Shown here piece by piece: positions 9,148-19,676 of a stretch of 64,000 nucleotides of DNA. A program made the position numbers and the translations under genes. The notes below the pieces were generated by a model that saw nothing but the letters and a program-made list of their open reading frames with translations, did no database searches and was not told the DNA's origin. How positions within the stretch are numbered: position 1 is the stretch's first letter; each line of letters starts with the position of its first letter. The DNA comes from Gammaproteobacteria bacterium (lineage in GTDB: Bacteria; Pseudomonadota; Gammaproteobacteria; GCA-001735895). The stretch lies in assembly GCA_030066085.1 (NCBI GenBank), contig JASJCI010000022.1, forward strand, positions 6,644-70,643. Direction: 5' to 3'.

Positions 9148-10263
9148 TCAGAAGTAAACGACCGACTTGATGCTCTTGCCCTCGTGCATCAGGTCGAAGG
9201 CCGTATTGATCTCTTCCAGCTTCATGGTGTGCGTCACCAGCTTGTCGAGCTCGATCTCGCCCCCCATGTACTGGTCGACCATACCGGGCAGTTCAGAGCG
9301 GCCCTTGACGCCGCCGAACGCGGTGCCGATCCACTTTCTGCCGACCACGAGATTGAACGGGCGCGTTTTGATTTCCTGGCCAGCGCCCGCTACGCCGATG
9401 ATGCAGGAGGTGCCCCAGCCCATGTGCGTGCATTCGAGCGCGTCGCGCATGACATTGACCAGACCGGTGCAGTCGAAGGAGTAGTCGACACCGCCGCCGG
9501 TCATTTCCTGGATGTACTCCGGGATCGAGCCGTCGATTTCGGCCGAGTTGATGAAATCGGTGGCGCCGAGCTGGCGCGCGAATGTTTCCTTTTCAGGATT
9601 GATGTCGATCGCGAGGATCCGCTCAGCCTTCGCCATGACCGCACCCTGGATGACCGACAAACCGACGGTGCCGAGACCGAATACCGCCACCGACGAGCCC
9701 GCTTCGACCCTGGACGTGTTCAGTACCGCACCGATGCCGGTGGTCACGCCGCAGCCGAGCAGGCAGGCCATGTCCAGTGGCGCTTCCTTGCTGATCTTGG
9801 CCAGCGCAATCTCCGGCACCACGGTGTACTCGGAGAAAGTAGAACAACCCATGTAGTGGTAAATATCCTTGCCGCCGGCCTTGAATCGCCGGGTGCCGTC
9901 GGGCATGAACCCGGTCCAGATCGTGCCGGCAATCGACTGGCACAGGTTGTTCTTGTCGCTGCTGCAGTAAGCGCAGGTCGGTTCCTGGCATTCTGGAATG
10001 TATAGCGGGATGACGTGATCGCCGGGCTTCAGCGTGGTGACTCCGGGTCCGCATTCGACCACCTCGCAGCCGCCTTCGTGGCCGAGTATCGCCGGGAACG
10101 CAGCTTCCGGATCCTCGCCTGACAGGGAAAACGCATCGGTATGGCAAACGCCGGTGGCGTGTACCCTGAGCAGCACCTCGCCCTCCTTGGGTCCTTCGAC
10201 CTCGACTTCCTCGATGACCAGCGGTTTTTTCGGTTCCCAAGCAATGGCTGCTCTGGCTTTCAT
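9148..10263 (-). CDS. frmA: S-(hydroxymethyl)glutathione dehydrogenase / class III alcohol dehydrogenase (divergent)
   Basis: CHTDAF...GEDPE...[28 protein letters not shown]; sits upstream of fghA on the same strand. Confidence 0.9.
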   Translation of the reverse strand: MKARAAIAWEPKKPLVIEEVEVEGPKEGEVLLRVHATGVCHTDAFSLSGEDPEAAFPAILGHEGGCEVVECGPGVTTLKPGDHVIPLYIPECQEPTCAYCSSDKNNLCQSIAGTIWTGFMPDGTRRFKAGGKDIYHYMGCSTFSEYTVVPEIALAKISKEAPLDMACLLGCGVTTGIGAVLNTSRVEAGSSVAVFGLGTVGLSVIQGAVMAKAERILAIDINPEKETFARQLGATDFINSAEIDGSIPEYIQEMTGGGVDYSFDCTGLVNVMRDALECTHMGWGTSCIIGVAGAGQEIKTRPFNLVVGRKWIGTAFGGVKGRSELPGMVDQYMGGEIELDKLVTHTMKLEEINTAFDLMHEGKSIKSVVYF

Positions 10264-10304
10264 AGTCGTCTCCTCCAGGCTTCAATTCGACTTGTTTTCG
10301 AGCC

Positions 10305-10333
10305 AGACTAAAGTCAATGCTGCGGCGAGTCAA
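10305..10333 (-). promoter_or_regulatory. Sigma70-like promoter of frmA-fghA
   Basis: TTGACT-17 bp-TAGTCT upstream of a GGAGGAG RBS. Confidence 0.55.
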
Positions 10334-10424
10334 GCCATCGCCGAGCCGGAAAAAAAGCGCAAAATCATTGAATTTATTGCCCAATCCGGACTCAAAACCC
10401 CATTCATCCGGCAGGAGGGTTCCC

Positions 10425-11390
10425 ATGCGCATGTTTGCTTCCCGTAAATCGCGGCTGGTCGCGCTTTGCGGACTGCTGATCGGTCTTGTCGTCTATCAGT
10501 CGGCGATCTCGGCCGGGCCCTCCAACGGCTTCGATCTGTCCAACAGTAGCCTGCCGGTGAATGAAATCAGGCATGGCGGTCCGCCGCGCGACGGTATCCC
10601 GGCGCTGTCCGCGCCGAAAATGCTGGGCGCCGCGGAGGTCGACTACATCGAGCCGCAGGACCGTATCGTCGGTATCGAGATAGGCGGCGAGGCACGCGCC
10701 TACCCGATCGATATTCTCAACTGGCACGAAATCGTCAACGATTCGATCGGCGACAGCCACTTTGCTATCACCTACTGTCCGCTGTGCGGCACCGCGGTTG
10801 CATTCGACGCGCGCATCGCCGGCGAGGTCACCGACTTCGGCGTGTCCGGCCTGCTGTACAACAGCGACGTGCTGCTGTACGACCGCGCCACCGAATCGCT
10901 GTGGTCGCAGATCATGACCCGCGCGATCGCCGGCCCGCGGGTCGGCCAGTCGCTGACCATGCTGCCGATCAGCCATACCACCTGGCGAGACTGGCAGGCG
11001 CGCCATCCGGATACACGGGTGCTGTCGCGCGAAACCGGCCACTCGCGCAACTATGACCGCAATCCCTATGCCGGCTACGAACGGTCACGAACTATTTACT
11101 TCGAGGTCAATAACGAGGCGCCGGACAATTATCACCCCAAGGAAGTTGTCGTTGGCCTCAGCGTCGACGGCGTCCACAAGGCTTACCCGTTCGTCGAGCT
11201 GGATCGGCAGGGCAAGTCGAGCTTCGTCGACCGGGTCAACGGCACGACCTTCAACTTCGACTGGGACAGCGACAACCGCAGCGTACGCATCACCGACCCC
11301 GAGGGACGCGAGGTACCCGCGATCCAGGGCTTCTGGTTCGCCTGGTTCGCGTTTCACCCCGAGACCGAGGTTTTCAAGGCCGAGGGCTAA
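10425..11390 (+). CDS. DUF3179 family exported protein
   Basis: GGPPRDGIPAL, WHEIVND, TYCPLCGT, SGLLYNSD, FWFAWFAFHP; AGGAGG RBS. Confidence 0.88.
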   Translation: MRMFASRKSRLVALCGLLIGLVVYQSAISAGPSNGFDLSNSSLPVNEIRHGGPPRDGIPALSAPKMLGAAEVDYIEPQDRIVGIEIGGEARAYPIDILNWHEIVNDSIGDSHFAITYCPLCGTAVAFDARIAGEVTDFGVSGLLYNSDVLLYDRATESLWSQIMTRAIAGPRVGQSLTMLPISHTTWRDWQARHPDTRVLSRETGHSRNYDRNPYAGYERSRTIYFEVNNEAPDNYHPKEVVVGLSVDGVHKAYPFVELDRQGKSSFVDRVNGTTFNFDWDSDNRSVRITDPEGREVPAIQGFWFAWFAFHPETEVFKAEG

Positions 11391-11474
11391 AAACCGCTTC
11401 GATGCAGGATTCGTTCAGGCGGGATTAACCCGCCGGGTTTATTGTGCCACAATGTTTTTCATTTCCGGGCTACC

Positions 11475-13655
11475 TTGCTGCGTACGCATCATCTCCTGCT
11501 CGCCGGGCTGCTGGTCGCGCCCCCGTCCGCTTTCGGCGCGGAAAACTGGGACCTGTGCCGGGTACCGGTGCCGATACCGGTCGAAGCCGCCGCAACGGCA
11601 GCGAGCGACACCTCGATCGTGGCCGACTCGGTCTCGAGCGACGACAGGGAACGTATCCGTTTTTCCGGCGACGTCGAGTTAAGCAGCGGCCAACAGTATA
11701 TTCGCGCCGATGAACTGCAGCTGGACAAGCCCGCGGGAAGCCTGCAGGCGAGCGGCAATGTCGTCTTCCAGGATTCGCAGTATCGCCTGCAGAGCCCGCG
11801 GATCAGCATCGACCAGCCGCGCGACCGGGCCAGTTTCGAACGCCCCGAGTTCGAGCTCTACAGCCGCCACGCGCGCGGCAGCGCGGAACGCATGGAGCGA
11901 CTCGACCGCGAGCGCAGTCGTATCGTCGATCTTTTCTATACTTCCTGCGACCCGGACGACCGGACCTGGCACCTGCGCGCGCAGGAAATGGAACTGGACT
12001 ATGCCAGCGGTCGTGGCACGGCGCGGCACACGCGACTGTATTTGCAGGATGTTCCGTTCATGTACCTGCCCTGGTTCCAGTTTCCGGTCGACGATCGGCG
12101 CCTCAGCGGCCTGCTTACACCGAGCTTCGGCTATTCCGAAGACAACGGCAGCGAACTGCAGCTGCCCGTCTACTGGAACATGGCGCCCAACTACGACATG
12201 ACGATCACGCCGGCCTGGTACGAAAAGCGCGGCGGGCAGTTGAACACCGAGAACCGCTACCTGTTCAGGCGCAATAGTGGTCAGCTCGACCTGTCCTGGA
12301 TCGACGATCGCCGCTTCGACGACACCCGCTGGTTCCAGCAGTGGCAACACCAGGGCCGTCCCGGGCTCGGCACGGTTGCCGATCTGCGCCTGGCCGACGT
12401 TTCGGACGGCGAGTTCTTCGACGACTTCGGCAGCGTCGCGCCGCAATACAACGATGTCAGCCACCTCGAGCGCCGTGTCCGCCTGGCGCGCCCCGGCGAT
12501 TTCTGGGAAGCGGAACTGCTGTGGCAGGACTACAAGACGCTCGACGAGGATACCGCCACGGAAGACCGGCCTTACGACCGCTTGCCGCGCCTCGGCCTGA
12601 GTGGCGAATTCCGCTCGCGGCCGGCCGCGCTGCGGGCCCCGCTCGAACTCGAATGGGTCAACTTCGAGCGCGACGACAGCGTCACCGGCGAACGCAGCCA
12701 CGTCGCCGGCTCGCTGATCTGGCGCGCCGAGCAAAGCTGGTACTTCGTCGAACCCGAACTCAAGCTCGCGGCTACCGATTATCGCCTCGACGACAACAAC
12801 CTCGGCGACGACCGCATCGACCGCGTACTGCCGACATACGCAATCGACAGCGGGCTGGTTTTCGATCGTCGCACCGGTCCCGACAATCGCTGGCGACAGA
12901 CGCTGGAGCCGCGACTTTACCTGCTGCACACTCCGTTCGAGGCGCAGGACGATATTCCCGATTTCGATACCTCGCTGCTGGTCAGCACCTACGATAACCT
13001 GTTCCGCAACAACCGTTTCAGCGGCGTCGATCGCATCGGCGATGCAACCCGGGTCACCATGGGCCTCGCCAGCCGGCTGTTCGACGACACCAACGGCCGC
13101 GAGTTGCTGCAGGCCCGCGCCGGCCAGATCTACCATTTCAAGGATCGACGCGTCAGTCTCGACGGCAGTCGCGACGACGCCAGCCGATCCGACCTGATCG
13201 CCGAACTGGATATCTGGCCGAACGCGCGAACCCGTGTCGCGAGCCGCTTCGTCTACGACGAGGAAACCAGTGATGTCGACGAGCGCGATTTTTCGGTCAA
13301 CTACGCCGATTCCGGCTTCGCCGCCAATATCGGCTACTTTTTCACGGAAGACGAACTGGAACAGGCCGTGCTATCGCTGGTCTATCCTGTCGATGAACGC
13401 TGGACGCTGTTCGCCAAGTACCACCAGTCGCTGCTATTCGACAAGCCGGTCGATCACCTGCTCGGGCTGGCCTATGAATCCTGCTGCTGGGGGCTTAAAA
13501 TACTCGCCGGCCAGAGCGGCGATGACGACGATGATTTCGCCGACACCGACAACCAGGTTTCGATCGAAATCACCCTCAAGGGACTGAGCGACGCCGGCGA
13601 AGATATCGATACCCGGTTGCGCCAGGCCATACCCGGTTACCAAGCGAGATTTTAA
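11475..13655 (+). CDS. lptD: LPS-assembly protein LptD
   Basis: YTSCDP, R.SGLLTPS, PVYWNMAPNYD, QTLEPRLYLL, NRFSGVDRIGD, YESCCW; first gene of lptD-surA-pdxA; start codon uncertain. Confidence 0.95.
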   Translation: MLRTHHLLLAGLLVAPPSAFGAENWDLCRVPVPIPVEAAATAASDTSIVADSVSSDDRERIRFSGDVELSSGQQYIRADELQLDKPAGSLQASGNVVFQDSQYRLQSPRISIDQPRDRASFERPEFELYSRHARGSAERMERLDRERSRIVDLFYTSCDPDDRTWHLRAQEMELDYASGRGTARHTRLYLQDVPFMYLPWFQFPVDDRRLSGLLTPSFGYSEDNGSELQLPVYWNMAPNYDMTITPAWYEKRGGQLNTENRYLFRRNSGQLDLSWIDDRRFDDTRWFQQWQHQGRPGLGTVADLRLADVSDGEFFDDFGSVAPQYNDVSHLERRVRLARPGDFWEAELLWQDYKTLDEDTATEDRPYDRLPRLGLSGEFRSRPAALRAPLELEWVNFERDDSVTGERSHVAGSLIWRAEQSWYFVEPELKLAATDYRLDDNNLGDDRIDRVLPTYAIDSGLVFDRRTGPDNRWRQTLEPRLYLLHTPFEAQDDIPDFDTSLLVSTYDNLFRNNRFSGVDRIGDATRVTMGLASRLFDDTNGRELLQARAGQIYHFKDRRVSLDGSRDDASRSDLIAELDIWPNARTRVASRFVYDEETSDVDERDFSVNYADSGFAANIGYFFTEDELEQAVLSLVYPVDERWTLFAKYHQSLLFDKPVDHLLGLAYESCCWGLKILAGQSGDDDDDFADTDNQVSIEITLKGLSDAGEDIDTRLRQAIPGYQARF

Positions 13656-13659
13656 CGCT

Positions 13660-14946
13660 ATGCAACGTTTACTGATCTGCACCCTGCTGGCGGCCCTGGC
13701 GGCCTTGCCGGCAAGGGCCGAGGAAGTCACCATCGACAGGATCATCGCGATCGTCGATGACAGCGTGATTACCCAGCGCGACCTGCAGAATCGAATCCGG
13801 CTGATCGAAGCGGACTTTCGCCGCGGCAACCGGCGCATGCCGCCCGCCGATGTCCTGCGCAGGCAGGTGCTCGAAGGCCTGATCAGCGATTCGCTGCTGT
13901 TGCAGGAAGCACAACGCCGCGGCGTGCGTATCACCGACAGCCAACTCAACCAGACCATGCAGCGCATCGCCCGGCAAAGCAACATGAGCCTGTCGGATTA
14001 CCGCCGCGAAATCATAGCCGACGGTCTCGATTACGAACAGTATCGCGAGACCGTGCGCCGCGAAATCACGATTTCGACCCTGCGCAACCAGTACGGTCAG
14101 CGCAATGCGAGTATCAGCGACACCGAGGTCGACGAATTCATCGCCAACAGCGGTGAAGACGAAGTCAACTACGAGTACCACCTGTCGCACATCCTGATCG
14201 CGGTACCCGACGCGGCTTCGCCGGAAACCGTCGAACAGGCGCAGCGCCTGGCCGAGGAACTGATCAGCCGACTGGACCAGGGCGAAGCCTTCGACGAGCT
14301 GGCCAACACCTTCTCCGCCGGCGACACCGCGTTGCAGGGGGGCGATCTCGGCTGGCGCAAGCGCGCCGAGATCCCGAGCCTGTTCACCGAACCTGCGCTC
14401 GGGCTCGAACCCGGTGGATATGACGGCCCGATTCGCAGCGCCAGCGGTTTTCACATCGTGCACCTGCGCGACCGCCGCAACGCCGAGCAGGTGCTGGTGA
14501 CGCAATTGCGTACGCGGCACATCCTGATCAAGCCCAACGAACTGATTTCCGAAGAGGACGCGCGCGCGCGTCTCGCGGAGTTCCGCGAACGGATTCTCGA
14601 CGGCGAGGATTTCGCGCGCCTCGCGCGGCTTTACTCCGTGGACTACGTCACCGGCGCCGAGGGCGGCGACGTCGGCTGGGCCGAGATGCGCACCATGGCT
14701 CCCGAATACGCGGAAACCGCCGAGCGGCTCGAGATCGGACAATTGAGCGAACCCTTCCGCACCCGCTTCGGCTGGCACCTGCTGGAGGTCACGGATCGCA
14801 AGACGGTGGACGAAACCCGGCGCAGCAAGCGCGAGCGCATCCGCTCGCAGCTGTTGCAGCAAAAACAGGCCGAGGTATTCGACCTGTGGAAAAGGCGCCT
14901 GCGCGACGAAGCCTTCGTCGTGTTCCCGGGGCAATCCGATGCCTGA
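13660..14946 (+). CDS. surA: Periplasmic chaperone/PPIase SurA
   Basis: DRIIAIVD N-domain, two parvulin domains (HILI...GGDLGW...GFHI; HILIK...FGWHLL). Confidence 0.95.
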   Translation: MQRLLICTLLAALAALPARAEEVTIDRIIAIVDDSVITQRDLQNRIRLIEADFRRGNRRMPPADVLRRQVLEGLISDSLLLQEAQRRGVRITDSQLNQTMQRIARQSNMSLSDYRREIIADGLDYEQYRETVRREITISTLRNQYGQRNASISDTEVDEFIANSGEDEVNYEYHLSHILIAVPDAASPETVEQAQRLAEELISRLDQGEAFDELANTFSAGDTALQGGDLGWRKRAEIPSLFTEPALGLEPGGYDGPIRSASGFHIVHLRDRRNAEQVLVTQLRTRHILIKPNELISEEDARARLAEFRERILDGEDFARLARLYSVDYVTGAEGGDVGWAEMRTMAPEYAETAERLEIGQLSEPFRTRFGWHLLEVTDRKTVDETRRSKRERIRSQLLQQKQAEVFDLWKRRLRDEAFVVFPGQSDA

Positions 14947-15919
14947 TCCCTGCCTCGTCATCACGACGGGTGAACCCGCGGGTATCGGGCCGGATATCGT
15001 CGTCGGACTGGATTCGGCCGCGTTCGACGCCCGCCTGGTGATTGTCGGCAACCGCGCCCTGCTGGAGGAGCGTGCCGCTGCGCTCGGCGTCGACCTGCGC
15101 CTGGTCGAGTACGGCGCGCTGCGCACCGAGGGCGCAATGGAGCTGATCGACGTCCCGCTCGCGGCCGCGAGCCAGCCCGGCCAGCTCGACGCGGCCAACG
15201 CGAGTTACGTGCTCGAGTTGCTGGAACGCGCCTGCCGCGGTTGCCTCGACGGTGAATTCGACGCCATGGTCACCGCGCCCGTCAGCAAGGAAATCATCAA
15301 CAGCGCCGGTATCGGTTTCAGCGGCCATACCGAGTACCTGGCCGAGCTTTGCGCCAGCGGCCGGCCCGTCATGCTGCTGATCGCGGGTAACCTGCGCGTG
15401 GCGCTGGTCACCACGCATATGCCGCTGCGCGCGGTTGCGGATGCAATCAGCGGTGAATTGATCGAGCAAATCGCCACGCTGCTGCACGCCGGGCTGCAGT
15501 CGCACTTCGGCCTGCCGAATCCCCGTATCAAGGTTTGCGGCCTGAACCCGCATGCCGGCGAGAACGGTTACCTCGGCCACGAGGAGAACGAGATCATCAT
15601 CCCGGCGCTGCAGCGGCTGCGCGACCAGGGCATCGACGTGCCCGGACCCTACCCGGCGGATACGCTGTTCACCCAGGCACAGCTCGCCGACGCCGACGCC
15701 ATCCTGGCCATGTACCACGACCAGGGTCTGCCGGTGCTCAAGCACTACGGTTTCCACGCCGCGGTGAATACCACCCTCGGGCTGCCCATCGTCCGCACCT
15801 CGGTTGATCACGGCACCGCGCTCGATCTCGCCGGCACGGGCGAGGCGCGGCCGGACAGCCTGGTTGCGGCGATCGAGTCCGCGTTGTACCAGGTGCGCTG
15901 CCGTCAGCCGCAGGTCTGA
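14939..15919 (+). CDS. pdxA: 4-hydroxythreonine-4-phosphate dehydrogenase
   Basis: GEPAGIGPD, GHTEYLA, GLNPHAGE, MYHDQGL, RTSVDHGTA. Confidence 0.97.
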   Translation: MPDPCLVITTGEPAGIGPDIVVGLDSAAFDARLVIVGNRALLEERAAALGVDLRLVEYGALRTEGAMELIDVPLAAASQPGQLDAANASYVLELLERACRGCLDGEFDAMVTAPVSKEIINSAGIGFSGHTEYLAELCASGRPVMLLIAGNLRVALVTTHMPLRAVADAISGELIEQIATLLHAGLQSHFGLPNPRIKVCGLNPHAGENGYLGHEENEIIIPALQRLRDQGIDVPGPYPADTLFTQAQLADADAILAMYHDQGLPVLKHYGFHAAVNTTLGLPIVRTSVDHGTALDLAGTGEARPDSLVAAIESALYQVRCRQPQV

Positions 15920-15986
15920 GCTGACAGCGACGCAGCCAACGGCAACCCGGGCCGATTTCAGCCGCTCATCGCGACCGCTCCCGGCT

Positions 15987-16023
15987 CGTTATGCGCCACA
16001 CCGGGTGTGCGCGCGCCATAACG
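15987..16023. terminator. Hairpin between convergent pdxA and selO
   Basis: CGTTATG...CACAC-CGG-GTGTG...CATAACG; no U-tract. Confidence 0.4.
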
Positions 16024-17775
16024 CTACGACGAACAACTCATATGCGATAGTCCGCCGATATCACTGAACCGGGACGGCTTTAACCGATAGTATTTCTCTT
16101 CCACGGCCGTGGACTGCTCGGCGTAAGGCTGGGTCATCACGTCCTGCAGTTCCCTGATCAACCTGTAGTCACCCCTGGCCGCTTGCTTGTACGCCGGGGC
16201 CAGCAGCCATTCGCGCAGACTGTATTTTGGGTTCACGCTTTTCATTTGCCTGGAAATGTCTCCGGGTAATTGTGGCTGGGCGCTAGCGGGATCGATCCGT
16301 TTGGCAATCAGTGATTTCCACCTGCTCAACCAGCCGGACCAGCGCTGTTCCATTGCATGATCCAGTTGCCGGTAAAAGCTTTTCTCGAGCGTACCGATGT
16401 CATCAGGCAGTGATGATAGTTCGCGGAAGAAAATGGTGTAGTCGACGGGCGTTTGCATCATGAGCATCACGAGATCCTGGATCAGCGACGCGTCAAACTG
16501 GTCGAGTCCGAGCTTGCTCGCCCACATTTTTTCCAGTGCCTGGCGCATCACCGCGGCAAAACCGCTTTGAATCGCGTCCAATCGTTGCGCGGCTTCCTGG
16601 TTTGACTCCAGCAACGGTTGCAACGCCCGGCAAAACATCGCGAAGTTACGTTCGGCTGCCGCGGGCTGGTTCCACAAGGCAAAGTGCTGTCCACCGCCTG
16701 TCCATGGCTGGAAATACGGATCAAATACCTCACAGAATCCGAACGGGCCATAATCCAGGGTAAAACCGCCGACGGCGCAGTTGTCACTGTTGAAATTGCC
16801 CTGGCAGTAGCCGACACGGATCCAGTTCGCCACCAGCGCGGTTAAACGCGCACGAAATTCCTGTGCCAGCAGCACAACCTGGTCAGCTATGCCGAGTTCA
16901 CTATCGATGACATCGGTATACTCGCGATCGATTAAATGCAAAACAATCTGCTCGAGTTCTCGCAGCGCGGCAGGGTGTTCCTCGTTGCGGGCACGTCGAC
17001 CGAAAAGTTCGATTTGACCTACCCGCATAAACGACGGCGCAACGCGGGTCGAGATCGCGACAGCTTCCGACACGAGCATGTCCGGATCCTGCGATCGAGA
17101 GCCCTCGGAGTACCAGGGACGCCGGACTGTCTCTGTTTTCGAGACATACAGGCTCAAGGATCGTGATGTCGGTACACCGAGCGCGTGCATATGCTCCTGG
17201 GCCAGGAATTCCCGCACGCTCGATCGCAATACAGCGCGACCATCCGCGCCACGGCAATAGGGCGTCCGGCCACCACCCTTGAGCTGCATTTCCCAACGCC
17301 GGCCTTCGACGACGGCCTCGAGTACCGAAACGGCGCGCCCATCACCATAGCCGTTACCCGTCTGAAACGGACACTGCTGAGTGTATTCGGTACCGAAGAT
17401 AGAGAGTCCATAACCGGTGGCCCAACCCACCTTGCACATCGGCGCCGGTACCTGCGAAAGGTCACCACTAAACATCCGCATGAAGTCTTTCGCGACTGCC
17501 ATGCGGTCAGCAAATCCCAGCTCATGGAAAAACTGCCTGCTGTGCGCGACGTACTCGGGATCTTCGATGGGTGTCGGCCTGACGGTAACATAGTGCCCGC
17601 TAAATACCTGTCGCGGGGCATGGTCCGCGCCGTTTTCCGTCGCTTCGGGATCGCATGTCAGTGCGTCCATCAACGAATAGTCCACTAACCCTGCAAGATC
17701 TTCTAACGTCGAGACGGCCGGGGGTGTTTCCTTGGAATGTTTGTTTTCCGCAGCCGCGGTGGTATCTAACAACAT
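16024..17775 (-). CDS. selO: SelO/YdiU family protein adenylyltransferase (pseudokinase)
   Basis: [48 protein letters not shown]-terminal SCSS. Confidence 0.93.
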   Translation of the reverse strand: MLLDTTAAAENKHSKETPPAVSTLEDLAGLVDYSLMDALTCDPEATENGADHAPRQVFSGHYVTVRPTPIEDPEYVAHSRQFFHELGFADRMAVAKDFMRMFSGDLSQVPAPMCKVGWATGYGLSIFGTEYTQQCPFQTGNGYGDGRAVSVLEAVVEGRRWEMQLKGGGRTPYCRGADGRAVLRSSVREFLAQEHMHALGVPTSRSLSLYVSKTETVRRPWYSEGSRSQDPDMLVSEAVAISTRVAPSFMRVGQIELFGRRARNEEHPAALRELEQIVLHLIDREYTDVIDSELGIADQVVLLAQEFRARLTALVANWIRVGYCQGNFNSDNCAVGGFTLDYGPFGFCEVFDPYFQPWTGGGQHFALWNQPAAAERNFAMFCRALQPLLESNQEAAQRLDAIQSGFAAVMRQALEKMWASKLGLDQFDASLIQDLVMLMMQTPVDYTIFFRELSSLPDDIGTLEKSFYRQLDHAMEQRWSGWLSRWKSLIAKRIDPASAQPQLPGDISRQMKSVNPKYSLREWLLAPAYKQAARGDYRLIRELQDVMTQPYAEQSTAVEEKYYRLKPSRFSDIGGLSHMSCSS

Positions 17776-18014
17776 TTATCTGCAATACCGTGCAATAGTT
17801 TGTAACCGGGTCGGTAAACCGGTTTCTCTAAAATAAGACCTTCGCGCTTTTCGTCAAGGCTTAAAATCTCTTTTCCGATTTCCTAAGCGCCTGGTTTTAT
17901 TGGATAATCCCGACTCTTCGTAGTCATCCTCGAATGGTTTTGTCGGGGATCTCGCAATTTTTACAAGATTCCCGCTAAATGCATGCGGGAATAACGGGAT
18001 CAATTGAATTCAGC

Positions 18015-18803
18015 ATGGGTAATCCGCCGGCACACAGGGCCAGGAAGAGGTTTGGCCAGCACTTCCTGCATGACCGCGATGTCATCGAACGCATCCTGCA
18101 GGCGCTGGATCCGCGGCCGGGACAGTCGATCTGCGAGATCGGTCCGGGGCGCGGCGCGCTGACCGTGCCGCTGCTGCAGCGCTGTCGGAGGCTGACCGCG
18201 ATCGAGCTCGATCGCGACCTGGCCGCGCGCCTGCCGGCGCAGGCGGCGGCCCACGGCGAACTCGAGCTGATCGCGGCCGACGCGCTCGATTTCGATTTCC
18301 ACCAACTGCCCGGCGCCGGGTCCTGGCGCCTGGTCGGCAACCTGCCCTACAATATTTCGACACCCCTGCTGTTTCACCTGTACCAATCGCTGGAGCGCAT
18401 CGAAGACATGCATTTCATGCTGCAAAAAGAGGTCGCCGCTCGCATCGTGGCCGAACCCGGCACTTCCAGTTACGGCCGCCTGTCGGTGATGCTGCAGCTG
18501 CGATGCGACTGCCACGAACTGTTCGACGTGGCGCCGGACAGCTTTACGCCGCCGCCGCGGGTGAACTCGAGCGTGATTCGCATGCTGCCGCTGGCGCGTC
18601 CGCGCCACGAGATCGGCGACGCCGCGCGCTTTGCCAGGATCGTCGAGACCGCGTTCAACCAGCGGCGCAAGACCGTCGCCAACTCGCTGCGCTCACTGGT
18701 ATCGCGGGATGACCTGATCGCCTGCGAGATCGACCCGCGCAAGCGCGCCGAAAACCTGGCAATCGAGGACTATGCCAGGCTCAGCCGGAGCAGCCGGGTA
18801 TGA
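18015..18803 (+). CDS. rsmA: 16S rRNA m6,2A1518/1519 dimethyltransferase
   Basis: RKRFGQHFL, EIGPGRGALT, GNLPYNISTP, MLQKEVA. Confidence 0.97.
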   Translation: MGNPPAHRARKRFGQHFLHDRDVIERILQALDPRPGQSICEIGPGRGALTVPLLQRCRRLTAIELDRDLAARLPAQAAAHGELELIAADALDFDFHQLPGAGSWRLVGNLPYNISTPLLFHLYQSLERIEDMHFMLQKEVAARIVAEPGTSSYGRLSVMLQLRCDCHELFDVAPDSFTPPPRVNSSVIRMLPLARPRHEIGDAARFARIVETAFNQRRKTVANSLRSLVSRDDLIACEIDPRKRAENLAIEDYARLSRSSRV

Positions 18804-19291
18804 CCCGCGTATCGATGATCGTGGCCATGGACGAGAACCGGCTGATCGGCCGGGACAACGCGCTGCCCTGGCACCTGCCCGCCGACCTGGCGCATTTCAA
18901 GCGCACCACGATGGGTAAACCGATTGTCATGGGACGCAAGACCTGGCAGTCGATCGGCCGGCCGCTGCCCGGCCGGCAAAACATCGTCGTTACGCGTAAC
19001 CCGGACTTCACGGCAGCGGGCTGCGATCTCGCCGACAGCATCGAATCCGCGCTCGCGCTGGCCGGTGATGTCGACGAGATCATGCTGATCGGTGGTGCCG
19101 GCCTGTACGCACAGGCCATGCCGCTGGCCAGCCGGCTTTACCTGACCCTGATCCATCATCGTTTCGCGCAGGGTGACGCCTGGTTTCCCGAGATCGGCGC
19201 CGACTGGACGATCGCCGAGCAACGCCGGTTTGACGCGGATCAAGACAATCCCTACCCGTTTTCGTTTATAAATTTTGTGCGGGAAATATGA
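18800..19291 (+). CDS. folA: Dihydrofolate reductase
   Basis: IGRDNALPWHLPADL, MGRKTWQSIGRPLPGR, IGGAGLY; ATGA overlap with rsmA. Confidence 0.97.
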   Translation: MTRVSMIVAMDENRLIGRDNALPWHLPADLAHFKRTTMGKPIVMGRKTWQSIGRPLPGRQNIVVTRNPDFTAAGCDLADSIESALALAGDVDEIMLIGGAGLYAQAMPLASRLYLTLIHHRFAQGDAWFPEIGADWTIAEQRRFDADQDNPYPFSFINFVREI

Positions 19292-19374
19292 TTTTTTTTC
19301 GGTTAGACTAAACCGCCCCTTGGGTAGCAGGGATATTCCGCGTGGAAAAAGATATCAACGAGGAAGTCAGACGC

Positions 19375-19662
19375 ATGGAAAGTCGGACATATATCATCGG
19401 CCGCGAGGGTCACATCTATATCAACGACCCGACCGTCAGCAAGCAGCATGCCGAGATCCAGGTTATCAACGGGGAGGTCTACCTGCGCGACCTGAATTCG
19501 ACCAACGGTACTTTCCTGATCAAGAACAACCGGCTGGTGCCTTTTCACGAGGGTTACGTGCAGCTGCATCAGCCCATCGTGCTCGGCAACCGCCAGTACA
19601 CGGTGCAAAGCCTGCTGGAGATTGCCGGGGCGTTCGCCGCCCAGTACGATACTTCCGACTAG
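19375..19662 (+). CDS. Stand-alone FHA domain protein
   Basis: IGR, VSKQHA and DLNSTNGTF phosphothreonine-binding signature. Confidence 0.88.
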   Translation: MESRTYIIGREGHIYINDPTVSKQHAEIQVINGEVYLRDLNSTNGTFLIKNNRLVPFHEGYVQLHQPIVLGNRQYTVQSLLEIAGAFAAQYDTSD

Positions 19663-19676
19663 CGGCCGACCGGCGG

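Noticed and set aside
16024..16040. Selenocysteine recoding at the SelO C-terminus
   Set aside because: The position is a TGT Cys (SCSS) and the stop is TAG; no in-frame TGA was noticed in DUF3179 or the other redox genes either
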